From positions 115,010,001 through 115,074,000 of the forward strand of contig OX597821.1 of assembly GCA_951406725.2 (NCBI GenBank): a DNA stretch of 64,000 nucleotides. The letters run 5' to 3'. Below the pieces are notes generated by a model, which saw only the letters and a list, made by a program, of their open reading frames with translations, made no database searches and was not told the origin of the DNA. A program made the translations under genes and the position numbers. How positions within the stretch are numbered: position 1 is the first letter of the stretch; every line of letters begins with the position of its first letter. Positions 39,293 through 51,030 of the stretch are shown one piece after another. Origin of the DNA: Octopus vulgaris. Lineage: Eukaryota.

Positions 39293-39620
39293 TGCAGGAG
39301 TTGCTATATGCTTACCAACCACATAGTTCCGGGTTCAGTCCCACTGCGTGGCACCTTGGGCAAGTGTCTTCTACTATGGTCTTGAGCTGACCAAAGCCAT
39401 GTGAGTGGATTTGGTAGACAGAAACTGAAAGAAGCCTGTCGTATATATGTGTGTGTGTGTCCCTCCACCATCATTTGACAACCAATGTTGGTGTGTTTAT
39501 GCTCCCATAACTTAGCGGTTCTGCCAAAATGACCGATAGAATAAGTAGTGGGGGTTGATTTGTTCAACTAAAGGTGGTGCTCCAGCATCGCTGCAGTCAA
39601 ATGACTGAAACAAATAAAAG
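39293..39620 (+). mobile_element. SINE family B copy
   Basis: Family B profile. Confidence 0.85.
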
Positions 39621-40936
39621 AAGACTTTTATGATTTATTTAATGATACATAAGAATTAAGGCGGACACGTATATAGTATGTCATTTTTGTTGTTGTTGTT
39701 GGTGTTATGTGTATCATCTTTTTGAACTCCCCAGCATCTAAAGCTTATTATATTATCAGTTACATTTTTTTAATTAAAAGTTGGAAATTCGTTTCCTGAT
39801 ACTTTTAACTAATTTATAAATGCATTTGATTGTTGGTTAGCTGGAGCTTGTGGGTGAATGTCAGTTTGCCATTTCCATTTGGTTTGCAGTAGGGTTTCTG
39901 GATAAAACTGGTTTGTGGCACCTTGGGCAAGTGTCTTCTACTGTAGCCTTGGGCTCACCAAAGCCTTGTGAGTGGGTTTAGCAGATGGAAAACAGTGAAG
40001 TTTACTCAAGTTGGAAATTCTGTCTCTATGTATGTTTATGTATGAGCATACGTTTGCATGTTTGTATCTACATTTGTATAAAATAAGAACACAAATGGGT
40101 CAAAAGTTCACTACTTTTTAGCATAACATGTTTTACATCCTTGTATTGGATATATAATATAATGAAACGGTGGGGGGGGGAGTAGTATTTACAGGATGCA
40201 CTACTATTACAAAAGACTCCACACTCATTTGACAGCTCACAGTGAACTGCTTGCCAACCCAAACTGCCAATCGCTCACATTTCCTTATTTTATTATAACA
40301 GTGAGTCAGTTCACCTTTAGTCACTTGAGGGATGGTTGGAATCCTTCCACAGCAAAGTGATATATACGGAAATGAATGATACCCCTTGTATGTCAGTGCT
40401 ATTCATTTTCAAACTACACAAACACACATAGATATACGTATACATCAGGCCTTTTTCACTTTCTGTCTACAACATCCACTTAGAAGGTTTTGATCAGCTC
40501 AGAGCTATAGGAATCAAATGTCCAATGTGCTGGTCAGAGAGAATGAACCAAAATCCATGTGGTTGGGAAATTAATTCTTTAATCACACAGCCATACCCAC
40601 TGTGTGTGTGTGTATGTGATCATCATCCTCATCACTTAATGTCCATTGTCCATTGTCCATCGGTTGGCTGGTTTGACTGGGCTGGCACCCTGCAAGGCTA
40701 CACCAGGATCCAATCTGATTTGGCATGGTTTTCTATGGCTGGATGCCTTTCCTAATGCCAACCACTCCAGGAGTGTAATGGGTGCTTTTACATGCCACTG
40801 ACATGGGTGCCATTTGCATGATAGAAGGAAGCTTTTACTTGCCAGTGGCACAGGTGCCATTTGTGTGATACTGGGATACATTTACATGCATGCATGTATG
40901 TTTGTGCATATTTGTCTGTATGTGTGTATGCTTGCT

Positions 40937-40984
<48 letters not shown>

Positions 40985-41277
40985 CATGTGTTTGTGTGTA
41001 TGCATGTTTAAATAAATTAAGAACACAGTGTCAAACTTCACTACAGCTGTTTCAAGCACGTTTTTTTATTAATCAATAATTTGATTACAACATGATAAAA
41101 AAGAAACATTTTCTTCAGATGAATTAAAAGTTTTAAATGAGAAAAATACCAAAGCGTGGAATGTGGAATGACCCTCTCATTTTGGCATCAACGAAGAGTC
41201 ATATGTTTGTACATATACATGTATGTATAGTGTGTGTGTGTGTGTATATATCATCATCATCATATATATATACGCCA

Positions 41278-41459
41278 TGATAGATCATTAGCCACACATT
41301 TTTTTCTCTCCTTGTTTTTTTTTCTGTGTCCCTTTCTGTAGAAGAGTGTAGGCTCGAAATGTAAACAACTTTTTCTATTCCTGAGCGTTATACTAATACA
41401 TCTGTTTGTTTTGTACACCACCTGTCATCGTCTTTTGTTTTTTTCGTAAACTCTCCCTA
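41278..41459 (+). mobile_element. short PLE-like remnant with a degenerate hammerhead-like motif
   Basis: ttt-CTGTAGA-a-GAGT-gtag-GCTC-GAAA-tg-TA-aa at 41333-41365; flanked by TA/CA microsatellites. Confidence 0.4.
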
Positions 41460-41892
41460 CACACACACACACACACACACACATGAGGTGAATTGGTAGA
41501 ATTATTAGTACAGGGGTGGGTGGGGCAAACGCCTCATGACATTTTCTTTTTACTTTCTGTTATGAGTTCAAATGCTGCTGGGGTCAACTTTACCCTTCAT
41601 CCTTTCGGGACTGATAAAATGAATACCAGTTGAACACTTGGGGTGTAATCAACTCTGAAATTGTTGGCCTTATGCCAAAATTTCAAACCAATATATACAT
41701 ACAATATATATATACGCGGTGCTCCAGCATGGCCGCAGTCAAATGACTGAAACAAGTAAAAAAAAAAAAAAAAAGAATATACGCACACACAATAATTAAA
41801 TATACTTTTATATAATAGTTCGTATTATATACAAATATTTCTATCTACCACCTCTCTTTTTCTCATATATACATATATATAATATATATATG

Positions 41893-41931
<39 letters not shown>

Positions 41932-42538
41932 GTATGTATGTAGGTATGTATGTATATATATAATAAATATGTATGTATATAATAATAATTTTTGTACGTT
42001 CATTGGAAAGCACTGTTACTTTATTCCTGCTGAACTAGTAACAGATGTCGCTGTATGTTCGTTTATTCACGACTGAACCGATTCCAGCGTTACGTTTTGA
42101 TTGCATCTGCCTGATTGTACGTCTGTAATTCCTTTTGAAAAGATCCTCGCCGCCGCCGCCGCCGCAACCCCTGACTTGCGTACCTCTGTAAATACAATTA
42201 TATCATCTGGACGACGACAATGCAACCGAGCAAAATGGTAGTGAACCAGTCTAGATTAGTTGCTGCTTTGCATTAAATGAACTTCAGTTTCGAGTTCAAA
42301 TCACTTTAGTATTGACTTTCTGCAACTCCGTCGATACATTTGCGTTTAATAAGTAAAGTATTCTCTGCTCTTTCACATATTCTTCGTTCATTAAAAGCAT
42401 TTCTAGATCTAATCTTTCATTGGCTTCTACAGTTATTTTCTTAATTTAATGTGTGATGTGCTACGTCTAATATAGTACACATGTATGTGTGACGGGGTAT
42501 GTTGTGCGTTTGGCGTCTATTTCTGGTTAGAACTAGGT

Positions 42539-42942
42539 GGTATTCCTGCAGAATAGAGTCAGTAATGATCTTGTGCGCCAAAAAACTACATTTTCTTTCA
42601 ATGTGTTGTTTTACACATCGTACAATCGATTCAAAAAAAATTTGAAGTTCCTTCTTTTCTCTAATTGTTTAGTGTTTATATATTTTAAAGAATTTTTCTT
42701 TAGGTTTATGTTACGCATATTTTTGAAGAATCGGGTGTATCATATAGAAATCTAGGGAAAAATTCAAAAGAATGTCAAAATTGAAAAATTAAGGAAAGCG
42801 GGTTGGCCAAAATCATCGCCACCCTTCTGCATTTTTGTTTCTCGCAGAATCGTCATCTGTGATGTTTAAAATATATGCACCTAAAAAAAATTTAGCCTTT
42901 TGGCGCACCAAATTATTTCCGACGCTCTTGTACAGGATCGCC
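42539..42942. mobile_element. old MITE with ~55-bp diverged TIRs
   Basis: Left ggtattcctgcagaatagagtcagtaatgatcttgtgcgccaaaaaactacatttt compared with the reverse complement of the right, ggcgatcctgtacaagagcgtcggaaataatttggtgcgccaaaaggctaaatttt. Confidence 0.65.
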
Positions 42943-45170
42943 GAAAGTCGTGCTTACTCACGCGCGCGTGAGCTCATTTTTACTGTCAGTGCGCGGAAGC
43001 TGTAGTCGAGGACGCGACTGTAGTAGCTCCCACCATTCAGTCTAAACCTCTTCCCGTCACCACCGCGGAAACCGCCGGTAACTACACAGCTCTATACTCT
43101 TACTACTCCTCCCGTGTTATGGTACGCTCTGAACCATTAGGAGGAGGCCCGGCTTCTGCTGCTGCTGCTGTTGCAGCTCTTGGTATTGTCTATTATTATT
43201 ATTATTATTAGTGCTGCTGTTGATGCTGCGGCTCCTTAAGTTAAAGATACTGCTGCTGCTGTTGCTGCTGCGACGGTGACTCCCGGAGTTAACGATATTG
43301 CAGCAGCCGCTGTTGCTGCTGTTGTTAACGATATTCCTGTTGCTGCTGCCATTGCTGCTGTTGTTAACGATATTCCTGGTACTGTTGCTGATAGTATTAC
43401 TGCTGCTGTTGACAGTATTGCTGCTACTGCTGCTGCTGCTATTATTGCTGCTGCCGCTGCTACTGCTGTTTACGATATTGCTGCTGCTGCTGTTGTTGCT
43501 GCTGTTTCTCTGTGCAGTACCAGAGTTAAAGCAGCTTCTTCATCTTCACTGCTGTCCACCAGGAAGTAGGTGTCATCCGTACGGAGATTCACCGAACCAG
43601 GCGCTGCTGCTACCTGTCAAAGAAAAAAAGAAAGAAAGAAAAAGAAAGCATGTTGAAAGGAAACTACTTCTCAGCGAAACCTCCCAGCTTATCTCTGCTT
43701 TCTTATCTTTGAGAAACAAACAAAACCACACGGAAATAACAATCGTCATTATTGCTGCTGTTACCTAGTTCCCACCTTCCAAACCTTGGTTAATTAATTT
43801 TCTTTAATTAGGCGCCTTGCTATTATCCTAAACATGATAGGGTTACAGAACGACACAACCCTGTCGCGATCTGGCCTTTTACAAGTTTAGGGTGTTTAAA
43901 TTGGAAATGACGGATATTATTATATTGTCGGATGTTGTACAATATTTTCCGGAGACCTTCACAACTGAGCGGAATCTTATAACTTCACATTTCTATTGCA
44001 CTCGAAGATAAATATTTCCAGTTATGGGACTATGGCCCGGGATAGATGGGTCAAACGTCTGCAACACGCGAATGTACCGGCCTAAACAGAAAAGATTGTT
44101 GTTTTGATCTTGTTTTAAGAGGAGAAAATTACAAAATATACAAAAAAACCTCAACATATTTTGGTTAATTCCTAACAATGTGAGGATTTCGGGATAAATA
44201 AATATAAAGGGAGAGAAAGAGAGAGAAAGGGCCAAAGTGGGATGAGGAAGAGATGAATTAAGAATAGGTTCAACGGAAGGAAACAGTCAAAGAAAGGTTG
44301 GAACAATGACATTGGTAAACTCTTAAAATGGCACTACTACACCATCATCTCCCTCAAAGATTTCACAACTTCAGGACAGGTTCCACGACAATCTCATTCT
44401 TCCGCAATTTCGTCGATCTCTTTCATTTATTCATTTACGATTAAATTCTTCATTTTTTTTTATAATGGAATGATGAATGACAATTCATTCATGCAATTAA
44501 AACTCCAGACACCGTTGTAACTTTATATATATATATATATATGATATAATATAATATAATATCCCCTTATATATTAGCTGATATTTCATTCTGATATTAC
44601 TCAGAGTATCAGGCTTGGCAAAATAGCAGATTGAAGTAACTAAATAAATAAACCACATGTATTGAATACATTCTTCTCTTTCGTGTATACACTCCAACAT
44701 AATTATATATATTATATATTGACTGTGTATATGTTTATGTATATATATATATTTATCATGTAATATAGGTGAATATGTTACGTACATGATATTCAAAGAG
44801 TCTTTATTCAATAAAACATGACACAGGGCCTGCCATAATATATTCCAGTCGTCGCATTCTTGTTGACAAACTGGGAATTATGTATGTTTTGTTGTTTCCC
44901 GATCTGTTTAATTTCGGGCACTTCTTAACCTCTCTGATCGATAACTACACAAGTGATATATTTAAGGGATCGATAAATTAGATAATCTATACAGAGTTTA
45001 CGAAAACCGAACCTTTCGTAAGAATTAATTCAAAGGTTTCAGGCGGAAAGGAATTTAATTAGAACTGGGATCTTACCGTTTCTGTCCCTTTTCCACAGCC
45101 ACTCATTTTATTTATTTATCTAACCCCAAAAGACAAATTCAAGCTTTGGAATAACAAATAATTTGCCATC

Positions 45171-45252
45171 ATGACGGAGTGCTTGGCTTATAACCCGCAA
45201 AATAACTTTGCGTCAGTTATTGAAAATATCAACAGAGAACTTAGAGAAAAAG
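45171..45252 (+). CDS. candidate first coding exon of an unidentified gene (MTECLAYNPQNNFASVIENINRELREK, phase 1)
   Basis: Acceptor ctgtcccttttccacag (45098), Kozak-like gccatcATG (45171), open frame, strong donor AAG|gtaagt (45253); lies in the CpG-rich region. Confidence 0.6.
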
Positions 45253-45707
45253 GTAAGTTCAGAGATGTTTATTATTTCTAGGGAATATCTGAAGGGTGGA
45301 GTTCTGTGAGTCGGTCTTTTGTTGTGTATTCATCCTATTTTGTTGATGTTTTCGCCCTTAATTAAACCGATCTTTGGTTCTTTCTTTCCTCAATCCCTGT
45401 CTGTTGCTGTCAGGGAAGAGCTCCGAATTTTCTGGACTCTATCCTTTCTTGTCGGACTGAAATATAAATGTCTATAAATTACTATCGATGGTACTCGTCA
45501 ATTAAATATGTATATTCAATATACGTACATAAACATACTTGGCTTACGAGAATTTTCTTTTAAACCGAATCTGTTATGTAGCATCTCTATTATTTTTTTC
45601 AGCACGAGATAGACACGTAAATATACATTTCGACAAGTGTTTTGTCATAGGTAATAATATTGTAATTGGCTGCAGAAGTAATTATATTTTGTTTTTTAAA
45701 CAGGCCA

Positions 45708-45756
<49 letters not shown>

Positions 45757-46929
45757 GCAATGGTACCGCTTTCCTGCTTCACCCATTCCCACACCTATTT
45801 CTTCTTCTCCTCCTCCTCTTATGATGTCTCCAGGTATTTTCTATTACGCCCTACAAGTGTTACTATCACACACGCATACGCGCGCGCGTACGTCTCACGC
45901 ACAAACACAGGTCACTCTCTTGATTTTGTTATATATATATGTCTATATATATATGTAGACACACCGACAATAACAGGTAACGTTGATAGACTGATCTAGC
46001 AAAAGATATTCTACAACTGTGTGTGTGTGTGTTTACACACATATAGCATGTATATACACGCACATATATAGGCATAACTACAGATTGGTGCCCTCTTGAC
46101 TTAGTATCCTCATAACTTGAGAAATTTATATTTTTAGATTAAATTTTTTAGAGGCACGTTTTCTAGGGTGTAGATTATGATTATATTGATAAATTTTAAT
46201 AAAAAACACAAAAATAGAAAACCATTGTATAGGAATTTCGGGTTCTCCAGCTTGTTTCTTTATTCTTCATATTTTTTTAATGACATTTTGCAGAAATACG
46301 TGTTCGATCGTTTAGATTATATAATATCAATGTTTCAAATACAGAAATCTGGAAAAAAAAATGATTAAGTTACGGAATTCGGTAAGAGTTGGTAAGGGTA
46401 AAAGAACGATCCGAAACTCCTTTCAGGAAGTTATTTTCTAAATTTCACCAGCATAATCGTAATCTTCACCCCTGAAAGACTATTTCTGCAAAATTGCATT
46501 AAAACTTATGGGGAAACAAAATCGGTGGGGTACTAATGTGTAGTTATACCTATACACACACATATACATACATATACATATATATATAAAACTGAAGGAT
46601 GACCCCAGGATACTGAACCTTTTAGACAAGATGACAAAAGACCGTGATTCCTGGTGCCTTGTTGCCCTCAAGAAGACCCGTCCTCCACAGTAGAAGCATT
46701 AACGTTGCTCTCTCTGGTGAAGATTTGCCTGCAAGGATCCTGTGCTGGTGACACATAAAAAGCACTTGTGTTGGTGCCATGTAAGAGCAGCTGTGCCAGT
46801 GCTATGTTAAAAGCAACCACCACATACCGTTAAGTGGTTAGCGTTAGGAAGGGCATCCAGATATAGGAACCATGCCAAATCAGACTGGAACCTGATGCAG
46901 CTTTCCGGCTTGCCAGCTCTGGTCAAACC

Positions 46930-47164
46930 TATTTCTTTACTACCCACAAGGGGCTAAACACAGAGGGGACAAACAAGGACAGATAAACGGAAAAAGTTGA
47001 TTATATCGACCCCAGTGTGTAACTGGTACTTAATTTATCGACCCCGAAAGGATGAAAGGCAAAGTCGACCTCGGCGGAATTTGAACTCAGAATGTAGCGG
47101 CAGACAAAATACCGCAAAGCATTTCGCCCGGCGTACTAACGTTTCTGCCAGCTCGCTGCCTTAA
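46930..47164 (-). mobile_element. young full-length SINE family A inserted into a family C copy
   Basis: CpG-rich copy with a 12-bp TSD tctggtcaaacc (46918-46929 and 47165-47176). Confidence 0.92.
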
Positions 47165-47930
47165 TCTGGTCAAACCGTCCAACCCATGCCAGCATAGAAA
47201 ACAAATATTAAAGGATGATGGTGATGATATATATTGTCTGTACAATATTAAATCTACCTTCTCAAATAAAACTAAGATTAACATGATTCATAAGCTTATT
47301 TTGTCAGGTGAACACCCCCACAGCACAATCTGTTGTGTTTTTATGTTATATACAAACAATCAGCTCTTTAAACGTTCGTTAGTATTACCTAAGTGTACCT
47401 TTGCATACATACCTTAAGCATATGTGCGTACATGCACGTCTTCCCCTGCCCCACTTTGTACAAATTGCATGACACCATTCGGTACAATTCAATTTGTTAG
47501 TAGTAAATTATGAAACAGAACAGAACTACTTGAATCAGTTTGTATTATTTAAATACTCCAAAATATATTTCTAGGTAATCAGGCTTTGATTAATAATAAA
47601 CATTATAAACACGTGTTTAGGGTACCCTAAAAGAAAAGGACCCCTACTGAGTTTTCTTTGAGGCCAGATTTATCATTGTAGAAATTGTAAATTATAACAT
47701 CAAAAATAAGAAAAATAGTGTTGAAAATGCATTTTTTTTTTCTCTTGCTTCAGTTATAAGTAAGTAATTTGCTCATATTGTTTAGCGCTAATTAATGTCA
47801 AATAGAATTTGAAAAAAGAAAAAGAATTTAAAATCTGTAATGTTGTTGTGGTCTGGAAGAAAACTGGATTATTTAATCTACGATTTCCCATTCAATATAT
47901 ATGTCCTTATTCTTCTATTATCAGCCAGAC

Positions 47931-48183
47931 CAGTGGTTCTTAACTAAGGGTCCACATAAGAGTTCTTTTTGTTAAAATTTATGTGCAATAAACTGCTTAT
48001 ACCTCAACAATACACAAAATGTCTTAACAATTTTCTCTATACAATTCCTTATAATATTTAATCATAAAAATCCTAATACAACTTTTATAAACATTGAATG
48101 GTTCTGGAGGTCCAGAAAATGTAACCTGGGATTCAAACGGGTCCAGAAACCAAAAAAAAAAAAAAAATGGATAAGAACAACTG
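47931..48183. mobile_element. hAT (Charlie-like) MITE
   Basis: TIRs CAGTGGTTCTTAAC / GATAAGAACAACTG; 8-bp TSD agccagac / agttagac (6 of 8 match). Confidence 0.75.
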
Positions 48184-48581
48184 AGTTAGACAATGGAATG
48201 GTCAAAGTGTGGTGGGGGAGAGGAACCATTTCTATGGGGCTGTGTTTAGGGCATGAATCGACATTAACATCAAGCTTGCTATTACACAAAAATAACACTA
48301 AATTTTTTTTTATTTCTGCCGTTTCCAACCTGTAGCTACACAAGTTGCGATTTAGGACTATCTGTTATGATGTCGGTGTATCAAATAAACTTGATTTCTT
48401 TCATGTCTGATGCTTCTGAGAAATTTAATGTTTGATCGACATGCCTTTCTCGCCCCCACCTCCGTCACCTTCTTCCTGTTTATTTTTCTACCCCCTTTTA
48501 AATAAAATGTCCCTTCTCCAAGCATTATCACACTTCCTCTCGTATGCAGAATCCCCTGTGATATCTTTTATCCCTAACTTT

Positions 48582-48940
48582 TTCCAGTCATGAAACTGTG
48601 GCCATGCTGGGGTACTGCCGTGAAGATTTTTCAGTCAAATAAATTGACCCCAGAACTTATTGATTTTTTTTTTTTTAAAGCCTGGTACTTATTCTATCAG
48701 TCTCTTTTGCTGAACCACTAAGTTCTGGGGACGTAAACACAACACCGGTTGTCAAATGGTGGCAGACACACACATGCACACATGATGGGCTTCTTTCAGT
48801 TTCCATCTACCAAATTCACTCATAAGGCTTTGGTTGGCCTGAGGCTATAGTAGAAGACACTTGCCCAAGGCGTCATGCAGTGGGATTGAACCTGAAACCA
48901 TGCAGTTGGTAAGCAAACTTCTTACCACACAGCCACACCT
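48582..48940 (-). mobile_element. SINE family B copy
   Basis: Reverse complement of family B. Confidence 0.85.
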
Positions 48941-49277
48941 GTACCCATGTATCATAAATAAATTGCTTAACACCTCATCACCAAACTGTTTTTGAACTGA
49001 AGTTAATATCAATTTGGTGATTAATGCTTATTGATCTTCGGTGATTACACACTGATAAAATATAAAGAGTAACAAAAATAGAATAAATAAAACCAAAAAT
49101 GGGTTAATCCCAATTTAGACATGCATGCGCACGCTTGCATGTAAACAAGATATTAGCAAGCGTGGTTTGGTGAAAATCAAACACCTCTTCTTGATATCAG
49201 AATTTATTTGCCTAAATTCTCATTATGTGTTTGTAGATTTTGTGTTGGACACAACATGGGGCTCTAACAAACATACC

Positions 49278-49510
49278 TATTTCTTTACTACCCACAAGGG
49301 GCTAAACACAGAGGGGACAAACAAGGATAGACATAGGTATTAAGTCAATTACATCGACCCCAGTGCGTAGCTGGTACTTAATTTATCGACCCCAAAAGGA
49401 TGAAAGGCAAAGTCGACCCCGGCGGAATTTGAACTCAGAACGCAGCAGCGGACGAAATACCACAAAGCATTTCGCCTGGCGTGCTAACGTTTCTGCCAAC
49501 TTGCCGCCTT
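49278..49510 (-). mobile_element. young full-length SINE family A
   Basis: 7-bp TSD acatacc (49271-49277 and 49511-49517). Confidence 0.9.
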
Positions 49511-50402
49511 ACATACCATGGTTTAGGCAGTGAACATGTGGCATACTGGACTGCATGGAGTAAGCTGAACTTGGATATAGTATTGTAGTTTAGCCACGCT
49601 TTAAATCTAGCCACACTTTGAAAATGGTTTATGCATGGTTCTCACACATTGGGTGTCTGTTGTGATCTCTTTGTGTGTATTTATTCTGTATTACTCAACT
49701 TACAAGACATGAATTCTTGGAATCAGTATTTTGATGTGTTTTTTTGTACTTGTGTGCACACACACACAGAGTTTTGCTCAAAGATACAATGTACTACACA
49801 GTCCAGGAATCCATAATCGCACACACACACACACACACACACAACTAGCACTCCATTGCTTATGACAATGGATGTTCCAGTTAATCCAGTCAATGGAACA
49901 GCCTTCTCATGAAATTAACAAGCAAGTGGCTGAGTACTCCACAGACATGCTTACTGTTAATGTAGTTCTCAGGGAGATTCAGCATGACAACGCTGGCCCC
50001 TTTGAATTACAGGTACCACTAATTTTTGCCAGCTGAATTGGATTGGAGCAATGAAATAAACATGAAATAAAGTGTATTGCACATGGACACATGCCACTGG
50101 GTATTGAACTCATCTCCTTGTGATTGTGAGCCAAATACCCAACCTATTTCTTTACAAGGGGTTAAACACAGAGGGGATGAACAAGGACAAACGCATTAAG
50201 TCGATTATATTGACCCCAGTGCGTAACTGGTACTTAATTTATTGACCCTGAAAGGATGAAAAGCAAAGCCGACCTCGGTAGAATTTGAACTCAGACCGAA
50301 ATACAGCTATGCATTTCGCCCAGTGTGCTAACATTTCTGCCAGCTCGCCGCCTTACATACCAGCCACAAAACTACGCACTTTCACACACACACATATATA
50401 TA

Positions 50403-50518
50403 TATATAAGAATTTTTTTGCATAATAAGATAAAAAACCAAGGCTGTATAGATATTAGAGCATTTATAGATATTAGCCTTGGGTTTTTTAATCTTATTAC
50501 GCAAAAAATTCTTATATA
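50403..50518. repeat. ~115-bp foldback hairpin in (TA)n
   Basis: aagaatttttttgcataataagataaaaaaccaaggct ... agccttgggttttttaatcttattacgcaaaaaattctt. Confidence 0.85.
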
Positions 50519-50677
50519 CACACGCTGACATAGAACCAATGTTGAACCCTTTATTCGCAATATTACCGAATCTGGAACTTAACTATGGTCTGTCTATAGC
50601 ACTTAATCAGCATTACCTGACACCTTTGGGTCTCAATGACACCATTATCTCTTTATATATATATATATATATATAAA

Positions 50678-51030
50678 TGCAGGTGTGGCTATGTGGTAAG
50701 AAGCTTGCTTCCCAACCACATGGTGCCGAGTTCAGTCCCACCTGGGCAAGTGTCTTTTACTATAGCCTCTGGCCAACCAAAGCCTTGTGAGTGGATTTGT
50801 GGATTTGGTAGATGGAAACTGGAAGAAGCTCATTGTGTATATAAATATGTGTGTGTGTGTCTGTCCCCCCAACATCACTTGACAACCGAGGTTGTGTTTA
50901 TGTCCCCGTAACTTAGTGGTTCAGCAAAAGAGACTGATAGAATAAGTACTAGGTTTACAAAGAATAAGTCCTGGGGTCAATTTCTTCGACTAACACTGTT
51001 TCAGGTCAAATGACTGAAACAAGTAAAAGA
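50678..51030 (+). mobile_element. SINE family B copy
   Basis: Family B profile. Confidence 0.85.

Larger units (their letters stand above)
42040..45530. promoter_or_regulatory. CpG-rich, SINE-poor region; putative (bidirectional) promoter / first-exon region
   Basis: CpG visibly retained (cgccgccgccgc, cgcgcgcg). ACTACA / TGTAGT motifs at ~43000, 43020, 43081 and 44944; GCGGAA ETS-like sites; DRE-like ATCGATA at ~44937 and 44969; none of the SINE families A-D seen. Confidence 0.6.
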
